From Octopus bimaculoides (Eukaryota): a stretch of DNA of 39,041 bases. Where the stretch lies: positions 123,504,649 to 123,543,689 of the forward strand of contig NC_068983.1 in the NCBI RefSeq assembly GCF_001194135.2, written 5' to 3'. How positions within the stretch are numbered: the stretch's first letter is position 1; each line of letters begins with the position of its first letter. The position numbers were made by a program, and so were the translations under genes. The notes beneath the pieces were generated by a model, which was given only the letters and a program-made list of their open reading frames with translations, did not search any database and was not told where the DNA came from. Below, piece by piece: positions 1-10,620 of the stretch.

Positions 1-208
1 GGCCGTTTTCGTGCGGGTGACACGTAAAAGCACCCACTACACTCTCTGAGTGGTTGGCGTTAGGAAGGGCATCCAGCTGTAGAAACTCTGACAAATTAGA
101 CTGGAGCCTGGTGTTGCCATCCGGTTTCACCAGTCCTCAGTCAAATCGTCCAACCCATGCTAGCATGGAAAGCGGACGTTAAACGATGATGATGATGATG
201 ATGATGAT
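1..208 (+). mobile_element. SINE-like repeat with RTE-type 3' end and (GAT)n tail (3' part)
   Basis: ...CGTCCAACCCATGCTAGCATGGAAAGCGGACGTTAAAC(GAT)n. Near-identical copies at 36232-36417 (+), 11086-11550 (-) and 33023-33325 (-). Confidence 0.85.
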
Positions 209-269
209 ATATGCATGTATATGTATGAGTGTATAAATTATTAATTTATATAAATCTATATATATAAAA

Positions 270-480
270 CAGAGAATGTATGTCTGTCGGTCTGTATGTC
301 TATGTATGTATGTATGTATGTGCGTATGTATGTATGCATCACAAAAACTCAAGAACTACCAAACTGATTCCATTCAAATTTTATACATGCACTACTTAGA
401 ATCCATGGAGTATCATGGACAAAAAAAAATTTCAACTTCTTACTTAATGTGAGCCCAGAGTAATCTCTTACACCGTTTTG
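270..480 (+). mobile_element. Possible Helentron/HINE-like non-autonomous element fragment
   Basis: (TGTC/TATG)n microsatellite followed by AAAAACTCAAGAACTACCAAACTGATTCCATTCAAATTT, resembling the DINE-1/HINE layout. Recognised by eye only. Confidence 0.35.
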
Positions 481-574
481 GTATTATGTACCAAAAGTGA
501 AATGATAACATCTCTACTGCAATGTGAGATAATAGTTTCAGTTTTAATACTTTCACTATGTATATAATATAAAC

Positions 575-635
575 ATAGTGAAACTATTATCTTATTTTAT
601 ATATACATGCATATATATATATATATTTATTTATC

Positions 636-673
<38 letters not shown>

Positions 674-1725
674 TACATAGGCTTTAAAAGGCTTTAAAAG
701 GGCGCATTTATTCATTTTTTTTATATGTGCGTAAATATATGTATATGCGTACATATATATGTATGTATGTATATATGTGTTCATATATATGCATGAATAT
801 ATATGTATGTATAGTATATATGTATATGTATATCCAGAGATATATATGTATAGATGCATATGTGCATGTGTATAGATGCATATATATATATAGATCTATA
901 TGTATATATATGTATATATATGTATATATGTATGTATNNNNNNNNNNNNNNNNNNNNNNNNNNNNNNNNNNNNNNNNNNNNNNNNNNNNNNNNNNNNNNN
1001 NNNNNNNNNNNNNNNNNNNNNNNNNNNNNNNNNNNNNNNNNNNNNNNNNNNNNNNNNNNNNNNNNNNNNNNNNNNNNNNNNNNNNNNNNNNNNNNNNNNN
1101 NNNNNNNNNNNNNNNNNNNNNNNNNNNNNNNNNNNNNNNNNNNNNNNNNNNNNNNNNNNNNNNNNNNNNNNNNNNNNNNNNNNNNNNNNNNNNNNNNNNN
1201 NNNNNNNNNNNNNNNNNNNNNNNNNNNNNNNNNNNNNNNNNNNNNNNNNNNNNNNNNNNNNNNNNNNNNNNNNNNNNNNNNNNNNNNNNNNNNNNNNNNN
1301 NNNNNNNNNNNNNNNNNNNNNNNNNNNNNNNNNNNNNNNNNNNNNNNNNNNNNNNNNNNNNNNNNNNNNNNNNNNNNNNNNNNNNNNNNNNNNNNNNNNN
1401 NNNNNNNNNNNNNNNNNNNNNNNNNNNNNNNNNNNNNNNNNNNNNNNNNNNNNNNNNNNNNNNNNNNNNNNNATATATATATGTATATATATATATTTAT
1501 GTATATATATATATGTATATATATATTTATGTATATATATATATGTATTTATATATATATGTGTGTATATATATATATGTATGCATGTATATACGTGTAC
1601 ATATATATGAATGTATATATGTGTATATATAGATGTATATATATAGATGTATATGTATAGATGTTTCTGTATTGATGTATATGTATATATGTATATATAT
1701 AGATGTATATATATATAGATATATT
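575..1725. repeat. (TA)/(TATG)-rich microsatellite field spanning an assembly gap
   Basis: Direct reading; explains the Y/I/M/C-rich ORFs here. Confidence 0.9.
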
Positions 1726-1728
1726 GCA

Positions 1729-1775
1729 AAATTCCTGATGTGAAGACATGTGTTGAAACAGATATTGTTGTATTT
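1729..1775 (+). ncRNA. Degenerate type I hammerhead-like motif in a Penelope-type terminal repeat
   Basis: AAATTC-CTGATGT-G-AAGACATGTGTT-GAAA-CA-GATAT-TG-T-T-GTATTT: stem I 5/6 pairs, core A9>U, stem III ACA/UGU, GUU triplet. Confidence 0.55.
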
Positions 1776-2319
1776 CGGGATGGTCATTTTTATTTTGTTT
1801 TGCCAAATAAACACATGCACTATATATTCATTCTTCACTCATTTATTACTGTTCTTATTCTAACTCATGTCCACTGCCTGGAAATCTTTTGTCACACATC
1901 TGTGACCTCCTCAGTAACACCTTCCATCTTCATGTGTGCTCTTGCTCTGCTTATTCCATTCTGTTCTTCTATGATGTATATCCTTATATGCACATGCATC
2001 TATGTTTGTGTGTGTGTGTTTGCACCATTGTTCTTAGTAGCACTGTGACCCTCTCCTCAGCCCCATCCCCTACCCTGTTGCTGCTGCTGCTGCCCTTAAG
2101 CCCGACTTTATGCACCATTCTTGTAACTCACTGTGTTTGTGTGTCTGCCCATGCTGCTGCCATTGTGGTAGATGTTGTTGTTGTTACCATTGCTGTTAGT
2201 CGTGTTGTTGATATTGTTGTGGCGGTCTGTGAAGTTACCATATGTGTGTTTGTCTGTATATGCGGGTTTGCTTCCTATGTTGTTTGTATCCCTGCCCTTT
2301 ATACAGTTTTCTTTTAAAG

Positions 2320-2552
2320 ATGGTCACACATGCGGTGGGGGTGAATACCAAGATCACACTCAAGGGCCACATATTTAAATTTAATAACAAGTGGAAGGTG
2401 CAGCCATCAGTATTAGTATCGCTGGCGATGTGGATAACCTATTTATGGTATGGTGGGATAGGGGACTCAAAGTGAAATTAGCAGAGAACTCCATAACCCT
2501 AACCATGTGCTCTCGTTATGTAGATGATATCAACATAGTAGCCAAAACAAAA
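2320..2552 (+). mobile_element. Penelope-like reverse transcriptase fragment (frameshifted)
   Basis: HIFKFNNK / EGAAISISIAGDVDNLFMVWWDR...SRYVDDINIV matches PLE RT motifs G.PIG...AG..A.L.M.WWD and RYVDD. Confidence 0.75.
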
Positions 2553-2657
2553 AAGATGTACCTTTGGATGTTATATATGGGCTTATCAATTCATTCTAGC
2601 AGAGTCTGCTAAAATGAATTAATAAGCCCACATTTAACATCCAAAGGTACATATTTT

Positions 2658-2755
2658 TCCCTCTGATGAAATTATACTCATGTCACATAAATGTAAATTT
2701 AATGTACAAATCCGTAATTAAATTATTGAGTATTAATTGAAACAGCCATAAGAAG
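2658..2755 (+). ncRNA. Hammerhead-like motif with intact core but damaged stems I and III
   Basis: CTGATGA 2663-2669; stem II AATTATACTCA (2670-2680) / TGAGTATTAATT (2727-2738); GAAA 2739-2742; then CAGCCA-T-A-AGAAG. Confidence 0.55.
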
Positions 2756-3923
2756 TGAAGATGACCAATTTGTTGTTAATAATAAACAATTATTAACTTC
2801 CTAATCTCCATTTTTTAAAACTATGTTTTATACACCTATTATTTTAAGGAACCATTCCATCTTTATCTCAAGCATGTGTATCTTTGTTAATCAATATGTC
2901 CTTCCACTTTCAAAACGCATTTTTAGAGTTCATACATTGTTTTCCCAAGTGTATTACTGGTATACAGTGGAGAAATGATTTCAGCCCTTTTTCAATTTGA
3001 TGGTACATCAAATGAGACACTAAATAAATTATGATACAGTGTTTCATTACATAAAAAAACAGGTCTTAAAATTATCTTTAAACTGGGATGGGTGCACACA
3101 TTGCACTTTGCTGCTAAGGAATACTCATGCACTGGTGCAGCGGTGTTTCAAAACATCAAGTTTTCAAATATCCTGACAGCGTTTGATTCCTTCCATATGT
3201 CACATTACTGTTGACTGTATGTGATGCATATATATTTCATGGCACACTCATGAAAATGTCTGTTCTATAGAGATGAAGGTCAAAGTTGGCATAAAATCAA
3301 ATGATAAAAATTGATAATGTGATATTAAAAAATCTACAAGGAAGTATTGCTGCTATGCTGCTATTTCCATAGATGATACATATTGACATGAGTCAATGAA
3401 GGAATCTCTACATGGTTAGTGTCCAAGAAGCATAAGTTTCCTGGTCACAAACATGAAAATATATTTTGCTGAAAATGGATCCAGGAAAGGGTTAATGCTC
3501 AGCTCAACTTGTGGCTTACCTTTCACATCATTTCTGTGTTAATGTTCATTTAATGCTAAACTTCAACAGTGTCAGCAAGTTTATAAGGTCTATAAACTCT
3601 ACTCCACTTTTTTAACCAATGACTCCCAATGTTAGCAGAATGCTAGCAATGTTTAGGAAGTGGTATAGTTAACTAAACTAACCTCCATACATGACTGGTA
3701 CTTGATTTTATCCACCCCATAAGGATGGAAGGCAAAGTCAACTTCATTAGGGCCTGAACTCAGAAAGTAAAAGGATGCAACTAAATACTTCAAGTTATTT
3801 TGTCTGATTCTCCACCAATTCTGACATCCATTGCTAGTTTTTCTAAAATCTAAATAAAAATAATTTCTGATAATGATTATTTAATGTTGTTATCTAATTA
3901 ATGTTAAACCTATTTTCTTTTAG

Positions 3924-4188
3924 ATTCAGAACACTGCCTTGGTTGACTGGGACAAGCCCATGCTAGAGCAAGTCGATCAGTTGGGTGACAAATACTTTGA
4001 CTGGGTACACCAACCAGAGGAACATCACATTAGGCTATTTCACTCAGATTTTTGTGAATTTTTCTCAATGGCCCCTTGGTGGTTAGTACCTGTCATCTGG
4101 ATACCAGTTATGTGCCTTGGAATGTACCAAGCTTATCAAAATATTAGCGTCCATACAGAGATTTTAGGATTTCCATTTCTACAAGAAG
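3924..4188 (+). CDS. FA2H: FA2H internal coding exon (IQNTALVDWDKPMLEQV...FPFLQE/G)
   Basis: Acceptor ttttctttTAG at 3921-3923 and donor GTAAGC at 4189; phase 0 in, phase 1 out. Peptide LVDWDKPML..V..LGDKYFDWVHQP....IRLFHSDF.EF.S..PWW.VP.IW matches FA2H/Scs7 proteins as recalled. Confidence 0.95.
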
Positions 4189-5010
4189 GTAAGCATCTGC
4201 TTTAGATATAACAAAATATGAAACTGATATATTTTGTTAAGTTTTAGGAACAAATTTTGTGATTATAATTTTTGGTACTATTTACTACATATTTTGAGAT
4301 GAAAACTATACTTTAATATTTGCACACACATGCCTTTACATTCGAAGTTCATATATATATATATATATATATATATGACCAAGGTCAGTTTTCCCTTTCA
4401 CCCCTTCAACAAAGTAAAATACAAGTCAAGTACTGCATTGATGTAATCAACAATACCCTTTTCCCTGAATGTGTGGTGAGCTTCTACTTGTGCTACAAAA
4501 CAATATTTGCATCTACACTGTTTTGATGGGTTTGATCTCCGATTATGTAATGTCTTACTCATGGATACATACATAGTTTTGAACTGGATTCAAACTCATC
4601 ATCATCATCATCATCATTAGCCTATCGTTGCTGGGTAACTTTTACAATAGAAGGCCATATAAATTTTTGTTTATTCTATGTCAAACCATGTCTTCCCTGA
4701 CACATAGGCCTCTTGATCAGGACAGATTTGTGCAATTCTTCGCAAAAATCTTCGTTGAGGATTCTTTTCCCTTTTTAAATTATTTACATATTTATTTGAC
4801 CGTCTCACATAACTTCATTAATTGAAACTTATCAAAACTTATAAAAACATAGGAAGTTCTTATGACTTTGGTCATTGTAATGCTTTCCTTTCGTTTGTTT
4901 AATAAAAATTCCTCTTTGCAATGGTTTTGTTTCCATTTTGTGATAGACAGTTATCATGTAGAAAATGCCAGCTTAGGTAAAATTGATTAAACTTTCAGCC
5001 TTAGTCACAT

Positions 5011-5180
5011 TTCTATATTTAAGAGATGAGGAATTATGTACATTATTTACATTATTTACATTTGATGGATATTTGCACTCATCTTGTTTGTTGTTAACAC
5101 AATGTTTTGGCTCATATACCCTCCAGCCTTCATCAAGTGTCTTGGGGAAATTTCGAACCTGGGTTCTCATTCCTAAGGTA
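5011..5180 (-). mobile_element. Penelope-type terminal repeat copy 1 (inverted) with degenerate hammerhead at 5096-5141
   Basis: Reverse complement aligns to 5338-5458. Minus strand reads GACAC-TTGATGA-A-GGCTG..GAGCC-AAAAC-ATT-GTGTT. Confidence 0.7.
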
Positions 5181-5189
5181 TGCCTACAG

Positions 5190-5258
5190 GCATCTGGCAT
5201 AGTGGTTAAGAGCACAGGCTACTAACCCCAAGATTCCAAGTTCGATTCCAGGCAGTAA

Positions 5259-5262
<4 letters not shown>
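5190..5262 (+). mobile_element. tRNA-derived SINE head (Pol III A and B boxes)
   Basis: A box TGGCATAGTGG 5195-5205, B box AGTTCGATTCC 5239-5249, followed by (AAT)n. Confidence 0.75.

Positions 5263-5339
<77 letters not shown>
5263..5339 (+). repeat. (AAT)n microsatellite
   Basis: Direct reading. Confidence 0.95.
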
Positions 5340-5340
<1 letters not shown>

Positions 5341-5458
5341 CCAGGTTCAAAATTTCCTCAAGACACCCGATGAAGGTTGGAGGGTATATCAGCTGAAACG
5401 TGTTAACAACAAACAAGATAAGGACAAATATCCACCAAATGTAAATAATGTAAACAAT
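5338..5458 (+). mobile_element. Penelope-type terminal repeat copy 2 with degenerate hammerhead at 5362-5404
   Basis: GACAC-CCGATGA-A-GGTTG..CAGCT-GAAAC-GTGTT; inverted homolog of 5011-5165. Confidence 0.7.
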
Positions 5459-5790
5459 GCTCAGTAACATTTTTCTGCAATTTTTCTGGAACAAATAAAT
5501 AGCAAAATCAAATTTAATGTGGAAAATTATCTCAACATACCAAATTTTAAAATTTTAACGTAATTTTAAAATTTCCCAATATGTGACAATAACAGAAAAG
5601 ACTATAAAAGTAGAGACAAACAGTTATAGGACGTCTCACACACACATGCACACACACACATACACACACACATTTACAAACATACACACACACATTTACA
5701 AACATACACACAGGTAATCCCGAGTTTAAGTGGTGTATAGTAAACACATGTATGCATGTACATATGTATGTATATGTATGTATGTATATA

Positions 5791-6530
5791 CAGGGGTTGG
5801 ACAAAATAATGGAAACACCTTAAAATTTCGAACAAATTTATTTTATTTTGGAGTAGTACTGCCTTTGGCAGTAATCACAGCTTGAATTCTATGAAGTATG
5901 AACTTGTACAAAGTTTGATTTGTTTCCAAAGGAAATTTTGTCCATTCTTCAGCTAAAACAGTCTCCAGTTCTTGTGATCAGGATATCGACTCCTTACCTG
6001 TTTTTCTAAAATGCACCATAAATGTTCAATAATATTGAGATCTGGGGACTGTGGTGGCCAGATAAGGTGTTCAACTTCACTAGAATGTTCCTTGTGCCAT
6101 TTGTTAACAACTTTGGCTGTGTGAATTGGTGAATTATTATCCTGAAAGATTGCGTTTCCCTCTGGAAACAGTTCTGCAACCATAGGATGAATTTGATCAG
6201 ATAAAATGCTTAAATAGTCTTGACTATTAATTCTGCCGTGAAGGAAAACCATTGGGCCGGTGGATTTCCAAGATATAGCCCCCACTCCAATCATCACAGA
6301 TCCTCCTCCATGTTTAAAAGTTGGAAGAAGGCAGTCTGGGTCAGATGCTTCTTTTGGCTGTCTCCACATGTATACTCAGCTGGTGGTCAGAAATAAGGTA
6401 AAGGATGACTTCTCTGAGAAAATAACATTCTTCCACTGCTCTAGGGTCCAATTCTGTAGGTTTTTACTCCACTCTAAACGCTTGGCAACATTATGATGCT
6501 ATAATGGCAGGTGTTACCATTATTTTGTCC
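5791..6530 (-). mobile_element. Tc1-family (DD34E) transposon remnant, 3' half with TIR
   Basis: TA|CAGGGGTTGGACAAAATAATGGAAACACC terminus at 5791. Minus-strand ORF 5953-6369 has KHGGGSVM, IFQDNNSPIH and WPPQSPDLNIIEHLW. Runs into the gap. Confidence 0.92.
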
Positions 6531-7520
6531 NNNNNNNNNNNNNNNNNNNNNNNNNNNNNNNNNNNNNNNNNNNNNNNNNNNNNNNNNNNNNNNNNNNNNN
6601 NNNNNNNNNNNNNNNNNNNNNNNNNNNNNNNNNNNNNNNNNNNNNNNNNNNNNNNNNNNNNNNNNNNNNNNNNNNNNNNNNNNNNNNNNNNNNNNNNNNN
6701 NNNNNNNNNNNNNNNNNNNNNNNNNNNNNNNNNNNNNNNNNNNNNNNNNNNNNNNNNNNNNNNNNNNNNNNNNNNNNNNNNNNNNNNNNNNNNNNNNNNN
6801 NNNNNNNNNNNNNNNNNNNNNNNNNNNNNNNNNNNNNNNNNNNNNNNNNNNNNNNNNNNNNNNNNNNNNNNNNNNNNNNNNNNNNNNNNNNNNNNNNNNN
6901 NNNNNNNNNNNNNNNNNNNNNNNNNNNNNNNNNNNNNNNNNNNNNNNNNNNNNNNNNNNNNNNNNNNNNNNNNNNNNNNNNNNNNNNNNNNNNNNNNNNN
7001 NNNNNNNNNNNNNNNNNNNNNNNNNNNNNNNNNNNNNNNNNNNNNNNNNNNNNNNNNNNNNNNNNNNNNNNNNNNNNNNNNNNNNNNNNNNNNNNNNNNN
7101 NNNNNNNNNNNNNNNNNNNNNNNNNNNNNNNNNNNNNNNNNNNNNNNNNNNNNNNNNNNNNNNNNNNNNNNNNNNNNNNNNNNNNNNNNNNNNNNNNNNN
7201 NNNNNNNNNNNNNNNNNNNNNNNNNNNNNNNNNNNNNNNNNNNNNNNNNNNNNNNNNNNNNNNNNNNNNNNNNNNNNNNNNNNNNNNNNNNNNNNNNNNN
7301 NNNNNNNNNNNNNNNNNNNNNNNNNNNNNNNNNNNNNNNNNNNNNNNNNNNNNNNNNNNNNNNNNNNNNNNNNNNNNNNNNNNNNNNNNNNNNNNNNNNN
7401 NNNNNNNNNNNNNNNNNNNNNNNNNNNNNNNNNNNNNNNNNNNNNNNNNNNNNNNNNNNNNNNNNNNNNNNNNNNNNNNNNNNNNNNNNNNNNNNNNNNN
7501 NNNNNNNNNNNNNNNNNNNN

Positions 7521-7920
7521 AAGGCCAGCAAGCTTGGGGGAGGGGTTAAGTCAATTACATCAACTTCAGTGCTCAACTGGTACTTATTTTATCGACCCCA
7601 AAAGGATGAAAGGCAAAGTCAACTTTGGCAGAATTTGAAATCAAAACACAAGGATGGATGAAGTACTGCTAAGCTTTTTGCCCAGCCTGGTGATGATATT
7701 GATATCGATATCAAATTTTGGCACAAGGCCAGAAATTTTGGAGGTAGGCATAAGTCAATTACATCAAACCTGGGACTCAACAGGCACTTATATTACTGAC
7801 CTCAAAAGGATGAATGGTATAGTTGACCTTGGTGGCATTTGAACTTTGAACATACAGGTGAACGAAATGCCAGTAAGCATTTTGCCCACCACATGAACAA
7901 TTCTGTCAGCTCACCACCTT
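7521..7920 (-). mobile_element. Two adjacent copies of a tRNA-head SINE (family B, Nin-like core)
   Basis: Two copies of ...CAACTGGTACTTATTTTATCGACCCCAAAAGGATGAAAGGCAAAGTC...AATTTGAACTC...; minus strand gives head plus GACTTTGCCTTTCATCCTTT core. The Nin assignment is from memory. Confidence 0.75.
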
Positions 7921-8112
7921 GATGATATCAATATTAAAATTGATAATTCTTTCTTACATATCACCATCAATTTCCATTGACACTTACAACAGCTTGTTAC
8001 AGAGATGTTACAAAAACATGTGAGGGGTATATAGATGAAGTTATACAAAATGACGAGATGATAAAAATATTACACAATATATTTAAGAAGCACAAATAAT
8101 TAAATACTTAAA

Positions 8113-8149
<37 letters not shown>

Positions 8150-8760
8150 TTTGTAGAAAACATAAATCTGGAGAAGAAGCACACTCTAATATGTAGAGCA
8201 GTGTATATTTTAATGGGGAAGGCTGGTTTATGGGATTACCCTGGGTTTCCCATCCATAAAGAGTTTAGCCTTATGGTGTATCGTCAGACCCCAAAACCAG
8301 TTGGCCTAAGACCCCTTCAAAATATGGAGAGAGAAAAGCCTCGCTACAAAGGTAAACAATAGGGGATTATCTCCCTTTGTCACTGGCTATTGACTTCCAG
8401 CTGTGCTGCCATCTTGCGGATTCCAAAACGCTAGCAGGAATTTCCTAAAATGTAAACATGGCCTGAAAATCTCTGTCCTAGAGTTAAGGATGCTCCTTGG
8501 TTCAAGTGAGTCTTTTAGGATTCTCACACATTCAGCTATGCACAACTTTCAACGCTTAATCCTGTTGATGTAGGGGCCTGGGTTTTCGAGGATTTTCCAT
8601 GAGACTGAGTATGGGATCCCATCATCCCTTAGTTGTCAGGCATGACTGGCCAGGGATGTTATGTATCTCCTTTCTGGAACTCTGAAGGTGGACCTATTGT
8701 TGGAGAGATGTTGCTTGAGAGAATTCCCAGTATATCCAATGTATTTCCATGGGCACGTGT
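8150..8760 (-). mobile_element. Penelope-like element 3' end: GIY-YIG endonuclease remnant plus terminal repeat
   Basis: Minus frame from about 8750: KYIGYTGNSLKQHL..STF....ITSLASHA*QLRDDGIPYSVSWKIL....Y.....KLCIAE..RIL......ILNSRTEIFRPCLHFRKFLL (two stops). Followed by a hammerhead and ending at (TA)n. Confidence 0.85.
8223..8300 (-). ncRNA. Type I hammerhead ribozyme, catalytic core intact (predicted cleavage after GUA, between 8237 and 8236)
   Basis: CTGGTTTTGGGGT-CTGACGA-TACACCATAAGGCTAAACTCTTTATGGATGG-GAAA-CCC-A-GGG-T-A-ATCCCATAAACCAG: 13-bp stem I with one bulge, CUGACGA and GAAA cores, near-palindromic stem III. Confidence 0.8.
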
Positions 8761-8817
8761 TGTTGGTGCTGTACTTGTTGTTGTTACTGCTGCTATTGTT
8801 GCCGATAACTCACATTG

Positions 8818-8925
8818 TTGACCTGTACAAAAGTACAATCCTATATTCTGCAAGAATCCTAAGGAAATTTCTTGAGATTTAAGGAGACTTGTTGTCATCA
8901 AACCTCAAGATAAAATACCTACTAA
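8818..8925 (+). mobile_element. R4/Dong-like LINE extreme 3' ORF fragment
   Basis: LYKSTILYSARILRKFLEI* resembles the LQK..LLGTARILRKVL C-terminal motif also seen at about 12690-12743. Confidence 0.5.
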
Positions 8926-9079
8926 CTAAATTAGCATGAACTAGTGTAATATTAGTGATGGCCACTCATGTCAATTTTGACATATGAGTATTTGAAGGAG
9001 AGACTTTAAGAGAAAAAAAATGTGTGACAAAGAAAAACAACTTTAAAAATAAAAGGATAAAAGAAGTTGTGAAGGATGC

Positions 9080-9950
9080 ATGAATGTAATTTGAGTCCAG
9101 GTATGGATTCTGTTATGAAATTACACTGGGGACATTGATAATTTTGATTTTGCCTGGGATTGAGCAAATGTGCCTGTTGATTACAGGATATAATTCTTTT
9201 ATTGTTCTGGTTCTTCAACTGAAATTGTTTTGATGCATCATGACACATTTTATGCCATCGATCTAGGCAATGACTTTCCCAAGATGTCAAGCTAAGCTGA
9301 GGAGATTTTAGTGCTTGCTTCAACTTATCCTTATATCTAAGGATGGGTCTTCCCTTACTATAATGTCCCATACAAAATAATTTTTGGAATGTGGTCATCT
9401 TTCATTCAAACAACATGCCCTACCCATCTGCACTGAATTTCAGCAGGATGATTTTGATATTGGAGATATCACATTTTTCTAAAATTTTGACATTTGTTAT
9501 CTTGCCATTTTATGTTGCAGATATTGTGCAAACAGCATTGTGGAAGGTTTCAAGTTTCTTTATATGTCACTAGTAGGGAATCCATGTTTCTGCTCCATAC
9601 TAGAGTTTGCTCAAAATACAAGATTTGTTTACACTTATTTTAGTTTTCAGACTGACACTGTGTTCATCCCACAAATTATGGAAAAGTTTTCCAAAAGCAT
9701 TTGTAGCTTTAGATATTCTAACATTGATTTTGTCATCAAGAGTACTCCTAGAGTTTACTATACTTCCAAGATATTTAAATGACATGACATATTTGAGTGG
9801 CTTGTCAATCATCATATTAGAATCTTGTTTATGTTCTGCCTAAGTTTTGGTTGGAATAAAACTTCAGTCTTCTTGATGCTGATAGTCAGTCCAAATGCAC
9901 AAGCTGTTGCAGTAAGCCTATCAACTGTTTCCTGAATTTCCTCAAATGTA
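9080..9950 (-). mobile_element. RTE (BovB-like) LINE 3' fragment, decayed
   Basis: Minus-strand pieces EEIQETVDRLTATACAFGLTISIKKTEV, FKYLGSIVNS..TLDDKINVRISKATNAFGKL...W....VSLKTKI, GRPILRYKDKLK..LK and C-terminal CPQC..H. Confidence 0.85.
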
Positions 9951-10029
9951 TGAGAAATCAAAGCACAATCTTCAGCAAACACAGTCACATAGAATCAGTT
10001 CTGTAGTCTCTTTCTTTGATCTGAAACTT

Positions 10030-10137
10030 TGCCCTTTTAAGTTTAGTCACCCTTGGCAGAATTTGAACTCAGAACCTAGAGATGGACAAATTGTCACTAA
10101 GGCTTTTACCCAGCATGCTAACAATTCTGCCAGCTCT
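10030..10137 (-). mobile_element. SINE family B head fragment
   Basis: GCAGAATTTGAACTCAGAA...GCATGCTAACAATTCTGCCAGCTC, homologous to 12960-13030. Confidence 0.65.
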
Positions 10138-10239
10138 CTGATAATATATAGCAGTACTCATGTTTCTTTTGAAATTGTATATTCTGCATTATTTTCATTT
10201 AAAAAAATCTTTCAGTTCTTCTGGATAAGGCTATAATTG

Positions 10240-10620
10240 AAAGATCATGACTTTCCCATTCTCTCAGCAATTCTGAAGTTCATTTATAAATCTAAAAGCT
10301 TCACAATGATTTCAGACAATATTCATGTCACCAATGTAACTTCCAATCATATGTTTACAGTTTTTTTTTTTTACTGTCTCTCTCATTTTCTTTTTCTATT
10401 CTATCTTGAAAAACATTCTCTTGCCTGTTGTAAATACTGTATTCTCTTCAATTCATATTTTCCCTTCTACACTGCTGCTCCTGCGCTTGTTCTACTGATC
10501 TAACCCTCGGCTTCTCCTAACTTTGTTGCCTATACCATCTCATTCATTTTCTTGTTAGCTTACATCATCTGTCATCCATATTTTATAAGCAAATATCAAT
10601 TTTCAAGCAAGCAGATGATA
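10240..10620 (-). mobile_element. Decayed LINE endonuclease-RT linker fragment (RTE-like)
   Basis: Minus-strand KIWMTDD and ELKRIQYLQQARE resemble the KPWMT.E and ELNR.I...CR.AKE linker motifs. Confidence 0.4.

Noticed and set aside
587-1806. Long ORFs rich in Y/I/M/C/H
   Set aside because: Translations of (TA)/(TATG) microsatellites and N runs; no protein signal.
4630-4775. Minus frame RILNEDFCEELHKSV...GRHGLT*NKQKFIWPSIVK, faintly like an integrase zinc-binding region
   Set aside because: Short, contains a stop and lacks the Cys pair; cannot be assigned without a profile search.
6491-7661. 360-385 aa ORFs
   Set aside because: Almost entirely an assembly gap (N).
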